Below, piece by piece: positions 8,936 to 17,993 of a DNA stretch of 63,440 nt. The DNA is from an uncultured Chitinophagaceae bacterium (GTDB taxonomy: Bacteria; Bacteroidota; Bacteroidia; Chitinophagales; Chitinophagaceae): the NCBI GenBank assembly GCA_965652975.1, contig CBFGYO010000001.1, forward strand, positions 1 through 63,440. Reading direction: 5' to 3'. Below the pieces are notes generated by a model. The model ran no database searches, was not told where the DNA came from, and was given only the letters and a program-made list of their open reading frames with translations. Made by a program: the position numbers and the translations under genes. How positions within the stretch are numbered: position 1 is the stretch's first letter; each line of letters starts with the position of its first letter.

Positions 8936-10288
8936 ATGGTAGATGTTGCTATTCGAAGTAATAAGGTGATCACTGAAGAAGGAATGAAAAAGGCCATTGT
9001 ATTACTGCAAAACGGAAAGATTGCCGGTATTACAAGTGAACTGCCTGGCCAAAATTTCCACCTGATAGATGTCGAAGACAGTATAGTAATGGCTGGTATT
9101 GTCGACCCACACGTGCATATCAATGAACCTGGTCGTACCGATTGGGAAGGATTTTACACAGCAACGAAAGCGGCAGCGGCTGGTGGCATTACAACGCTAG
9201 TTGATATGCCATTAAACTCATCGCCGGTAACAACTACACGCGCTGCGTTTATGAAAAAAATGGCCGCCGCTAAAAATGCAGGACTCCATGTGCATTGCGG
9301 ATACTGGGGTGGTATTATTCCTGGCAATAAACGGGAAATAGAGCCATTGATCGAGGCCGGAGTGCTGGGCTTCAAAGCGTTTTTGACAGATTCAGGCATT
9401 GATGATTTTCCACGCGTAGATATTAATGAACTTAAAAAAGCAATGCCCATAATTGCCCGGCATAACTTACCCCTACTCTTGCATTGTGAATTAGTAACTA
9501 CCTATACAAGTCCCGTTACTACTAACGACACCGCTTTATACAAATCCTATCAACATTACCTGTCATCTCGTCCAAAAAAATGGGAAGACGATGCTATTCA
9601 ACTCGCAATAAGTTTGTGCGAAGAATTTGGCTGCAGAACGCATATCGTACACCTGTCGTCAGCCGATTCACTGCAACAAATTCAATCGGCTAAAAAGCGC
9701 GGACTGCCTTTAACGGTAGAAACGGCCCAGCACTACCTGTATTTTAATTCAGACCAAATAAGCGATGGACAAACGCAGTTTAAATGTGCGCCACCCATAC
9801 GTGAGCAGGAAAATAATGAACAATTGTGGGATGCATTGAAAACTGGAATTATTGATTTCGTTGCTACTGATCACTCTCCTTCGCCTCCAGCGATGAAAGA
9901 AATCACCACTGGTAACTTTATGAAAGCGTGGGGCGGGATAGCATCCCTGCAATTTGCCTTGCCCGTGCTTTGGACCTCCGCACGTCATCGTGGATGTAAC
10001 ACACTGGATATTGCCCGCTGGCTATGTGAAAAACCAGCCCGGTTGCCGGGCTTACAAGACAGGAAAGGAATGATTAAAGCCGGATTTGATGCAGACCTGG
10101 TGATCTGGGATCCGGAAAAGAAGTTTGTAATAACGGAAGAAATGATTTTACATAAACATAAACTTACGCCATACCTGGACGAACAACTATATGGCGTTGT
10201 AGAGCAAACATGGTTAGGTGGGGAGCAGGTGTACGCTAATGGAAAATTTTTAAATTTGAACAAGGGCACAATAATAAAAGGGAATTGA
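8936..10288 (+). CDS. allB: Allantoinase
   Basis: Cyclic amidohydrolase motif VDPHVHINEPGRTDWEGF, typical length. The ATG at 8936 is preferred over the TTG at 8900 given by the track. Confidence 0.9.
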   Translation: MVDVAIRSNKVITEEGMKKAIVLLQNGKIAGITSELPGQNFHLIDVEDSIVMAGIVDPHVHINEPGRTDWEGFYTATKAAAAGGITTLVDMPLNSSPVTTTRAAFMKKMAAAKNAGLHVHCGYWGGIIPGNKREIEPLIEAGVLGFKAFLTDSGIDDFPRVDINELKKAMPIIARHNLPLLLHCELVTTYTSPVTTNDTALYKSYQHYLSSRPKKWEDDAIQLAISLCEEFGCRTHIVHLSSADSLQQIQSAKKRGLPLTVETAQHYLYFNSDQISDGQTQFKCAPPIREQENNEQLWDALKTGIIDFVATDHSPSPPAMKEITTGNFMKAWGGIASLQFALPVLWTSARHRGCNTLDIARWLCEKPARLPGLQDRKGMIKAGFDADLVIWDPEKKFVITEEMILHKHKLTPYLDEQLYGVVEQTWLGGEQVYANGKFLNLNKGTIIKGN

Positions 10289-10289
10289 A

Positions 10290-11291
10290 ATGAATGAACC
10301 TGCATTTACACAAATGATTGACCTGGCCGCCGAAAAGTTGGGAGGAAAGGCGCTTGCCTGTACAGATGATTTTTTTGCCGAAAAGGAAAACCTGTTAAAA
10401 CCCGGGCGAGGTGTTTTTATTGCTGATAAATATACTGACCGTGGCAAATGGATGGATGGATGGGAATCGAGAAGAAAACGTTGCGAGGGTCACGACTGGT
10501 GTATTGTACAACTGGCCACTTCGGGAAAAATTTACGGTGTGGATATCGACACCAATCATTTCCTGGGCAATCATCCCCCTTACGCTTCAATTGAAGCCGT
10601 CTATATTAATGAAGATGAAAAGGATGTTGATTTTGAGAAAATAAATTGGACTGAAATTTTACCCCAATCTCCATTGCAGGCCGGATCGCAGAATCTTTTC
10701 GAGATAAATGATCATACTGTTTATACCCACCTGCGCCTGAATATTTATCCTGATGGTGGGGTAGCAAGGCTGAAGGTGTATGGTGAAGTGTATAAGGATT
10801 GGAGCACCGTGTATACATCAGAGAAAGTAAACCTGGCTGCTGCTGCAAATGGTGCCCGCGCGATTGCCTGCAACGACATGTTTTTTTCTCATATGGAAAA
10901 CCTGCTGATGCCGGGGCGTGGAGTAAACATGGGCGATGGGTGGGAAACCAAGCGCAACCGAACACCAGGTAATAAAGATTGGGTAATTATACGGCTTGCT
11001 CACAAGGGAATAATAGAACGCATACTTGTCGACACCTGCCATTTCAAAGGCAATTATCCTGATCGTTGCCTTATAGAAGGCTGTTCTATTTCTGCCGACA
11101 AAGAACACCTGCTGACTTCCGATAAAGTTGAATGGAAAACCATCCTCCCCGAAGCAAAATTAAGTGCCGACTATGAACACTATTATGAAAATGAAATTGT
11201 AAGCAGCGATGCTTTCACGCATGTTCGGCTCACCATTTTCCCGGATGGTGGTGTGAGCCGGTTACGTTTATGGGGAAAGATCAGTAATTGA
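10290..11291 (+). CDS. alc: Allantoicase
   Basis: 333 aa. Two internal allantoicase repeats with DGWESRR and DGWETKR. Starts 2 nt after the allB stop. Confidence 0.9.
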   Translation: MNEPAFTQMIDLAAEKLGGKALACTDDFFAEKENLLKPGRGVFIADKYTDRGKWMDGWESRRKRCEGHDWCIVQLATSGKIYGVDIDTNHFLGNHPPYASIEAVYINEDEKDVDFEKINWTEILPQSPLQAGSQNLFEINDHTVYTHLRLNIYPDGGVARLKVYGEVYKDWSTVYTSEKVNLAAAANGARAIACNDMFFSHMENLLMPGRGVNMGDGWETKRNRTPGNKDWVIIRLAHKGIIERILVDTCHFKGNYPDRCLIEGCSISADKEHLLTSDKVEWKTILPEAKLSADYEHYYENEIVSSDAFTHVRLTIFPDGGVSRLRLWGKISN

Positions 11292-11416
11292 TAACGATTA
11301 AAGCGAGGTACTACTGCAATTAGTTGCCTGCACACGAATGGCGTCAGCTAAATTAAGCCGGCAGGCAGGTTTGCGTGAAACCTTTGTATCTTAGTAATCA
11401 AACGATTTGCAAGGCT

Positions 11417-11914
11417 ATGACCCTTCACGAGTTTAATACATTGCCCCGCGAACAACTCATCGAATTGCTTGGCAACTGTTGTGGTTCAAAAGCATGGGTA
11501 AACAGGATGTTGCCCTTCATTCCTGCGGAAGACCTGGTGGAACTGCTCGAAGATGCCGAGGAACAATGGTGGCTGTGCCAGGAGTCGGATTGGAAAGAAG
11601 CTTTTAGCCATCATCCAAAAATAGGAGACACACTAATCAAGAAAAATTCGACATCCGCGGAATGGGCCATTGACGAGCAGGCAGCGGTAATGAAATCAAC
11701 CGACGATACGCTTAGGGAACTTGCAGCAGCCAATAAAAAATATGAAGACAAATTCGGGTATCTTTTTATTGTATGCGCAACCGGCAAATCAGGTGAAGAA
11801 ATGCTTGCATTATTGCAAACCCGTTTGCAAAATAATCCTGAAGTAGAAATTGAAATTGCAGCCGACGAGCAAAATAAGATCACCAAGCTTCGCCTCGAAA
11901 AACTTTTACAATGA
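11417..11914 (+). CDS. uraD: OHCU decarboxylase
   Basis: FSHHPKIGD motif and ~165 aa from the ATG at 11417 (the track ORF begins at GTG 11375). 4-nt overlap with uraH. Confidence 0.85.
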   Translation: MTLHEFNTLPREQLIELLGNCCGSKAWVNRMLPFIPAEDLVELLEDAEEQWWLCQESDWKEAFSHHPKIGDTLIKKNSTSAEWAIDEQAAVMKSTDDTLRELAAANKKYEDKFGYLFIVCATGKSGEEMLALLQTRLQNNPEVEIEIAADEQNKITKLRLEKLLQ

Positions 11915-12249
11915 GCCAGCTTACCACACATATTCTCGATACTGCAATAGGAAAACCGGCTGCGGGTATTACTGTTGTGTTATATATGGGTGAAAATGAT
12001 GCATGGACAGAAATTGCCCGTGGTATTACTAACGCAGATGGCCGCGTAACAGATCTCTTAAAAAACAATATCTTTCTTACACACAGTATGCATAAACTGA
12101 GGTTTGAAACCAAAGACTATTTCGATCAACATCATGTCCGCACTTTTTATCCATTTGTAGAAATCATTTTTGATATTACAGCGAATGAGCATTACCATAT
12201 CCCGTTGCTATTGAGCCCGTTTGGCTATAGCACCTACCGCGGATCGTGA
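11911..12249 (+). CDS. uraH: 5-hydroxyisourate hydrolase (transthyretin-like)
   Basis: 112 aa. MSQLTTHILDT... start and the diagnostic C-terminal YRGS tetrapeptide (…YSTYRGS). Confidence 0.92.
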   Translation: MSQLTTHILDTAIGKPAAGITVVLYMGENDAWTEIARGITNADGRVTDLLKNNIFLTHSMHKLRFETKDYFDQHHVRTFYPFVEIIFDITANEHYHIPLLLSPFGYSTYRGS

Positions 12250-12346
12250 GAAAGAGCGATAAACAGAGCGGGAGCGAGGATGGGAAGTGCGCCTGGCTTT
12301 TTTTTCCCACTCTTACGTAATATGCATTTTAAAAACAGCCACACAT

Positions 12347-13780
12347 ATGAATTTTTCAATTTCGGACGGCGAAAAAGATACACTGCTCACATCTTTACGT
12401 TCTGCCAACCTTTATTTCCAGCAGCGCTACCCCGGCGATAAGCCCGATAGACAGCCCGTACACACTGTATATGGTGGTGCAAATCTTTTTAAAGCAGATA
12501 CATGTACCCGCATGGGCGAGATAGCATTGAAGAGTTTACAAAATTATGCGCGTGATTTTGTGACGCTAGCAAAAGTGTTGGAGCTGGACGGCCATAAAGA
12601 ACTTCCGGATTCAGAAAAAGGAATTAAAAAACTGGAAAAGAAATTGGATAAGATGAGCGAAAAAGAAAGGAAGAAGGAGGCCGGGTGGCTCGCTTATTCG
12701 GTTTATAATAAAATGATTCAAAAGCTGGAAACCGAAGCAGTAGAAGATTTCAGGATCGATTTTGAAGATGGTTTTGGCAACAGGCCCGATGATGAAGAGG
12801 ACGCGGCAGCCATCAATGCAGCGAACGAACTGGCAACTGGCATGAAACACAAAACTATTTCCCCTTTTATAGGCATCAGGATAAAACCATTTACAGAAGA
12901 CCTGAAATACCGCGGTGTAAGAACCCTTGATCTTTTTCTTACCACATTATTGGAAAGAACAAATAATAAACTCCCTGCCAACTTTGTAGTGATGCTTCCA
13001 AAGGTTACCATACCTGAACAGGTAACTACGCTGGTGCGCCTTTTTGAACTAATTGAATACAAGAATGAATTGCCGCCACACACTTTAAAGATGGAAACGA
13101 TGGTGGAGGCTACGCAAATCATAATGGATGATGAAGGTCGCAACCCGCTTTTGCGTATAATACGCGCCAGCGACGGAAGATGTATTGCTGCGCACTTTGG
13201 AACATATGACTATACAGCATCCTGTGGCATCACGGCAAAATACCAGACCATGGATCATCCAGTATGCGATTTTGCTCATCACATGACCAAGGTGGCATTA
13301 GGCGGTACCGGAATATTTCTATCTGATGGTGCCACCAATGTAATGCCCGTGGCCCCTCACCGTGGAGATAAACTCACTGACCGGCAGAAGAAAGAAAACA
13401 GGCAGTCGGTGCATGCCGCCTGGCGTACAGGGTATCATCACACGATGCACTCCCTTATTAATGGTTTTTACCAGGGATGGGATCTCAACCCTGCCCAATT
13501 GCCGATGCGGTATGCCGCCACTTATAATTTTTTTCTCAGCAGTTATGATGATGCATTGTTCCGCCTTCGCAGTTTTGTAGACCGGGCTGCTATATCCACA
13601 CTTACAGGCGATATTTTTGATGACGCTGCTACGGGACAGGGCTTGCTCAACTTCTTTTTAAAAGCCATGAATTGTGGCGCCATCACGGAAGATGAAGCGC
13701 TCGAAACAGGCTTGACCATCGAAGAGATCCGCAGCCGAAGCTTCTATAAGATCCTGGAAGGACGAAGAAAAAGTAAGTGA
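12347..13780 (+). CDS. Unassigned malate-synthase / CitE (HpcH-HpaI)-like TIM-barrel enzyme
   Basis: ~477 aa from the ATG at 12347. Motifs DFRIDFEDGFG, VVMLPKV, KMETMVEATQIIMD and AAHFGTYDYTAS are collinear with malate synthase DFED / LPKME / IETL / GRWDYIFS as I remember them. Last-but-one gene of the ureide operon. Confidence 0.5.
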   Translation: MNFSISDGEKDTLLTSLRSANLYFQQRYPGDKPDRQPVHTVYGGANLFKADTCTRMGEIALKSLQNYARDFVTLAKVLELDGHKELPDSEKGIKKLEKKLDKMSEKERKKEAGWLAYSVYNKMIQKLETEAVEDFRIDFEDGFGNRPDDEEDAAAINAANELATGMKHKTISPFIGIRIKPFTEDLKYRGVRTLDLFLTTLLERTNNKLPANFVVMLPKVTIPEQVTTLVRLFELIEYKNELPPHTLKMETMVEATQIIMDDEGRNPLLRIIRASDGRCIAAHFGTYDYTASCGITAKYQTMDHPVCDFAHHMTKVALGGTGIFLSDGATNVMPVAPHRGDKLTDRQKKENRQSVHAAWRTGYHHTMHSLINGFYQGWDLNPAQLPMRYAATYNFFLSSYDDALFRLRSFVDRAAISTLTGDIFDDAATGQGLLNFFLKAMNCGAITEDEALETGLTIEEIRSRSFYKILEGRRKSK

Positions 13781-13835
13781 TGATTAAATTTTAATTGGAT
13801 AGGTTATTGATAATTTTGGAAAAGAACTCAACAAC

Positions 13836-14963
13836 ATGACAATAGCGATCCTGGGTACCGGAACGGTTGGAAAAGCAATTGCACTGGATCTTGCCAAAGA
13901 GCACGACATTACCTGTTTTGATCTAAGCAAGGAAAACCTGGAAGAGGTACAGCAAAGAAATCCCCAGATAAAAATTGCGGCGAACGACCTGGCAGATTAC
14001 CGGCAATACAAGGATTTTCTTGCAACTTTTGAATTGGTGATAACGGCTGTACCAGGGTTTATGGGTTACCAAACTCTGGAAGCAGTTATCGAAGCAGGTA
14101 AGAATGTTGTCGACATTTCTTTTTTTCCTGAAGATGCATTGCAGCTACATCAACTGGCCGTAAAGAATAACGTGACGGCAATTACCGACTGTGGTGTTGC
14201 TCCTGGTATCAGCAATTTTATACTTGGGCGCTACAACGAAGAAATGAAAATAACCTCCTTTGCGTGTTATGTTGGCGGATTACCCGTTGAGCGCAAACCT
14301 CCCTTCGAGTATAAAGCTCCCTTTTCACCCGTTGATGTAATACAGGAATATATTCGCCCTGCAAGGTTGGTTGAAAATGGCGAGATCGTTACCAAACCGG
14401 CATTAAGTGACAGGGAAATACTGACATTTGATGAGATTGGGGAGCTGGAAGCTTTTAATACCGACGGACTACGATCCCTCATATTTACCATGGGTCATAT
14501 TCCCGACATGAAGGAAAAAACGATGCGCTATCCTGGCCACATTGATATCATCATTGCCATGCAACAGGCAGGATTTTTCGATACCACACCTCTACGCATC
14601 AAAGAAGTTGATATTAGTCCGTTGGAATTCACTTCACGTTTACTGATGAACGAATGGAAACTTGAACCGGGAGAAGAAGAATTTACTGTAATGAAAGTGA
14701 TTGTATCGGGCGAACAAAACGGAAAGCCAAAAACCATACAATATGATCTGCTGGACCGGTATGATTTTGCCAGTCAGACTTCATCTATGGCGCGCACCAC
14801 CGGGTACACTTGTGCCGCGGCTGCCAACCTGGTCGCTAAAGGTATGTTTACAGAAAAAGGCGTTTACCCACCGGAGCTAATTGGAAAGCACAAAGCATGT
14901 TTTGATTTTGTGATCGACTATCTCCACGATAGAAACGTACACTGGAAGAAGACGGAAAAATAA
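13836..14963 (+). CDS. Saccharopine-dehydrogenase-family NAD(P) oxidoreductase
   Basis: 375 aa. N-terminal Rossmann AILGTGTVGKAIALDLA. Overall saccharopine dehydrogenase-like layout. Confidence 0.75.
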   Translation: MTIAILGTGTVGKAIALDLAKEHDITCFDLSKENLEEVQQRNPQIKIAANDLADYRQYKDFLATFELVITAVPGFMGYQTLEAVIEAGKNVVDISFFPEDALQLHQLAVKNNVTAITDCGVAPGISNFILGRYNEEMKITSFACYVGGLPVERKPPFEYKAPFSPVDVIQEYIRPARLVENGEIVTKPALSDREILTFDEIGELEAFNTDGLRSLIFTMGHIPDMKEKTMRYPGHIDIIIAMQQAGFFDTTPLRIKEVDISPLEFTSRLLMNEWKLEPGEEEFTVMKVIVSGEQNGKPKTIQYDLLDRYDFASQTSSMARTTGYTCAAAANLVAKGMFTEKGVYPPELIGKHKACFDFVIDYLHDRNVHWKKTEK

Positions 14964-14964
14964 A

Positions 14965-14982
14965 AGCAGCCCGAAGGCTGCT
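14965..14982 (-). terminator. Intrinsic terminator of the nfu-like gene
   Basis: agcagcc-cgaa-ggctgct hairpin. On the minus strand it is followed by ttttattttt. Confidence 0.65.
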
Positions 14983-15007
14983 CTCATATAGTTTAACCAG
15001 GGAAATA

Positions 15008-15604
15008 TTATTCGGCCTCGGCTACCACTTCTTTTACTTCGGGTATCATTCTTTTCATCATGCCCTCGATACCGGCTTTCAAAGTGATCATCGATGATGG
15101 ACAACCACTGCATGATCCCTGCATGGCGAGGTTTACTGTGCCGGCTTCATAACTTTTGAACTGTATCGCACCACCATCCATTTCCACTGCCGGACGAACA
15201 TAATTGTCCAACAATTCCTTTATACGCTTTACTACATCGTCGTCGTCGGCAGTTACTTCGTTGCTACTTGCCTGCTTCACTGCTGCAAGCTCTTCTTCGT
15301 TAACCACCACTTTTCCCTCTTCCAGGTATTCTTTCAGGAATTGACGAACAGCAGGAATTACATCCTGCCAGTCTGTTTCTCCCGTTTTGGTAAGTGTTAC
15401 AAAATTGCTGGCGATGAAAACAGCTTTAATGAAGGGAAATCCAAACAGCTCTGTAGCCAGGGGCGACGGTTTTGCACTTTCCGCATCCGGAAAATCGATA
15501 CTCTTGCCGGGGTATAACAGTTTGTTGGCAACAAACTTCATCGTCTCCGGGTTTGGGGTCATTTCGGTATAAATACTAATAATAGGGTTTCCAGTTTTTA
15601 TCAT
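15008..15604 (-). CDS. NifU/Nfu-type Fe-S cluster scaffold/carrier
   Basis: 198 aa. Nfu_N-like N-terminus plus a C-terminal NifU domain with GSCSGCPSS. Confidence 0.85.
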   Translation of the reverse strand: MIKTGNPIISIYTEMTPNPETMKFVANKLLYPGKSIDFPDAESAKPSPLATELFGFPFIKAVFIASNFVTLTKTGETDWQDVIPAVRQFLKEYLEEGKVVVNEEELAAVKQASSNEVTADDDDVVKRIKELLDNYVRPAVEMDGGAIQFKSYEAGTVNLAMQGSCSGCPSSMITLKAGIEGMMKRMIPEVKEVVAEAE

Positions 15605-15737
15605 AGCTCACTATTTAAATTCCCCATGGGGATGCACAAAAATAACAAGAATTGCACGTGTTTGTTTACGAATGAGGGAGAAGCCCAACACGATGGAACC
15701 CATAACGTTGGATGATCGATAGTCAACTCCTGGCAGG

Positions 15738-16460
15738 TTATTCCCTGAATCTCCCTGTTTTCTTAAGAAACCGGACCAGGGCATACAACAGCACCAGTAT
15801 AGACAGGGCTATGATCAATAAGGTATTACGAAGCCGTGTATCGTTGCCGGTGAGCTCGGGGTAATTGAGAAACAGCAATAAAACGATACCCACCAGCCAG
15901 ATAAATTGAGTGGTGTGCTCCTTCAAAATCCAGCGCCGCCAGTTGAACGACATGCTTGCGAAAGTTTTGCCAATTCCCTGCAAATTGGGGAACCAGCGGT
16001 TCACCTTGCTGCAGTAAGTGTCGAACCCCGCCCCAAATTTTCCCCGGAGAAAATTTTCTTCGGCCAGTACTATTGCCTGGTAAATAAAAAGGAAGACAGG
16101 AATTACAATTGCTACATATACCAATGAGTTTGCCAGTATGCCCACCCCCAACAACATCAGGATGTTGCCAACATACAGAGGATTGCGACAATGATTGAAA
16201 ATGCCTTCAGTTACCAGGCCTTCGGCATAAGGTTTTCCTTCCTTTCCCCCACGAACGATATAAGCGAGGCCAATGGTAAGTCCACGGATCAACTGCCCGA
16301 GGCAGGTAATAAGCAAACCGATAATGATGGGCCAGTAATAATAATATTCACCAAACCGCTCCCGGGAAAATAATGGCCAGGATGGTATGAACAGCGCAGC
16401 ATAAAACAGTATGAAGATCCAGTTGCGATACTTGAAGAAAAAATTACCGATTGCTACCAT
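15738..16460 (-). CDS. Isoprenylcysteine carboxyl methyltransferase (ICMT/PEMT)-family membrane protein
   Basis: 240 aa, polytopic. HCRNPLYVGNILMLLG motif. Confidence 0.7.
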   Translation of the reverse strand: MVAIGNFFFKYRNWIFILFYAALFIPSWPLFSRERFGEYYYYWPIIIGLLITCLGQLIRGLTIGLAYIVRGGKEGKPYAEGLVTEGIFNHCRNPLYVGNILMLLGVGILANSLVYVAIVIPVFLFIYQAIVLAEENFLRGKFGAGFDTYCSKVNRWFPNLQGIGKTFASMSFNWRRWILKEHTTQFIWLVGIVLLLFLNYPELTGNDTRLRNTLLIIALSILVLLYALVRFLKKTGRFRE

Positions 16461-16488
16461 GGAGAGATTTATTATTCTAAATGTTTTT

Positions 16489-16648
16489 GAGTGTGGGAGT
16501 TGGAGAGAGTAAGAGATTGTTGAGTTAGTACGGCCACAGAGCTCACAGAGTAGCGCAGAGTTTCACAGAGAATTCTCGGCGGCCTTCTGCGCTACCCTGT
16601 GAGCTCTGTGGCCGTACTAACTCCAATTTCCTCACCTCTCTCCCCCTC
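16489..16648. repeat. Word-periodic palindromic element D ('CACAGAG' words)
   Basis: 38-bp stem with one mismatch: gagttagtacggccacagagctcacagagtagcgcaga (16522-16559) vs tctgcgctaccctgtgagctctgtggccgtactaactc (16586-16623). Purine-rich outer arms gggagttggagagagtaagag / ctcacctctctccccctc. Confidence 0.9.
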
Positions 16649-16730
16649 GTCGAAAAATTAAATGTTCAAAAAAACAGGTGATGATCCATAGGCATCATCC
16701 GATCAACACGATGTAACCTGTATCATCACT

Positions 16731-17459
16731 TTACTTCTTCGTAGCCACCAGGCCCGCAAAATTATACCACTTGAAAAAAACTTCGCAATGTGAAAATCCT
16801 TTGTCACGCAGCAGGCTGATATTTTCGCTCAGCTTATAGGGCACAAGTACATTTTCCAGTGCCTCTCTCTTCTGGGATATCTCCAGCTCACTATAATTAT
16901 TGCGGCGTTTGTAGTTATAATAATACTTGATAAAATCGCGATTGAAATTGCTTTCTTCAGCCAGTATTTTTTCAACCAGTATCAATACACCGCCGGGATT
17001 GAGGCCGTCGTAAATATTTTTCAGCAACTGTTCGCGGTAGATAGGCCGTACAAATTGAAGCGTGAGGCAAAGTACTACCACGGAAGCATTTTCTATTTTG
17101 ATGCCGGTACCCAGGTCAATACAACGTAATTCGTAATCGCGGGAAAATCCGTGCTCCATCAACTTCGACTTGCACTTATCCAGCATTTCCTGCGAATCGT
17201 CTACGCCAATGAAGCGTATATTCTGGTTCACCATGGTATCCATGCCTTCCATTGTGGTGCCGGTGGAGCATCCGAGATCATATACGTCGGAGCCTTCCTT
17301 CGCATATTCGGAAGCCAGCTCGGCCATCATTCGCTGTATTTCACCATAAAAAGGTACCGAACGATTGACCATGTCATCAAAAACCTTGGCTACATTGGCG
17401 CCAAATTTAAAATCACTGGCCTTCTCGATTTCGCCTTTGAAAACCTCATCTTTGCCCAT
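16731..17459 (-). CDS. cmoA: Carboxy-S-adenosyl-L-methionine synthase
   Basis: 242 aa. Class I SAM-dependent fold (VYDLGCSTG). Overall CmoA-like sequence. Confidence 0.8.
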   Translation of the reverse strand: MGKDEVFKGEIEKASDFKFGANVAKVFDDMVNRSVPFYGEIQRMMAELASEYAKEGSDVYDLGCSTGTTMEGMDTMVNQNIRFIGVDDSQEMLDKCKSKLMEHGFSRDYELRCIDLGTGIKIENASVVVLCLTLQFVRPIYREQLLKNIYDGLNPGGVLILVEKILAEESNFNRDFIKYYYNYKRRNNYSELEISQKREALENVLVPYKLSENISLLRDKGFSHCEVFFKWYNFAGLVATKK

Positions 17460-17523
17460 ATAAAAAGTATAAAGTTTACAAAGTAAAGGATTTTAAATAG
17501 GAATGAAACAAACACCAGGTCTG

Positions 17524-17607
17524 GATAAAAGATAAAAACTAAAAGTTGTACTTAGTCGGAATTCCCGACTGGATACAACTTTTATCTTTTATCTTTTAAC
17601 TTTTATC
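17524..17607. repeat. Word-periodic palindromic element E ('AAAGATAAAAG' family)
   Basis: gataaaagataaaaactaaaagttgta / tacaacttttatcttttatcttttaacttttatc. Loop contains agtcggaattcccgactgg. Lies in a divergent intergenic region. Confidence 0.9.
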
Positions 17608-17628
17608 TGCACCAAGTACAGTATTTCC

Positions 17629-17985
17629 ATGAAAAAAATGTACCACCTAAGCACCTGCACCACCTCCCAGGCGATAATCAAAGAAACTGCTATTGATAAA
17701 AAAGGATTCGAGATGCAGGACATCAAATTTGAAAAAATCACGGAAAAACAATTGGAAGAAATGAAGCAAATGGCAGGATCCTATGAAGCCCTCTTCAGCC
17801 GCCGCGCAATGAAATACAAGGAATGGGGACTTAAAGACAGGCAACTTACCGAAAAAGACTACCGGCAATACATCCTCGATGAATACACTTTTCTCAAAAG
17901 GCCTGTCGTGATTATCAACGACAAAATCTTTATTGGTAGTGAAAAGAAAACTGTGGCTGAACTCAAAAATGCTGTGAAGAAATAA
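17629..17985 (+). CDS. ArsC/Spx/YffB-family thioredoxin-fold protein
   Basis: 118 aa. N-terminal YHLSTCTTS (redox Cys context) and typical length. Confidence 0.7.
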   Translation: MKKMYHLSTCTTSQAIIKETAIDKKGFEMQDIKFEKITEKQLEEMKQMAGSYEALFSRRAMKYKEWGLKDRQLTEKDYRQYILDEYTFLKRPVVIINDKIFIGSEKKTVAELKNAVKK

Positions 17986-17993
17986 TTCGGGCA

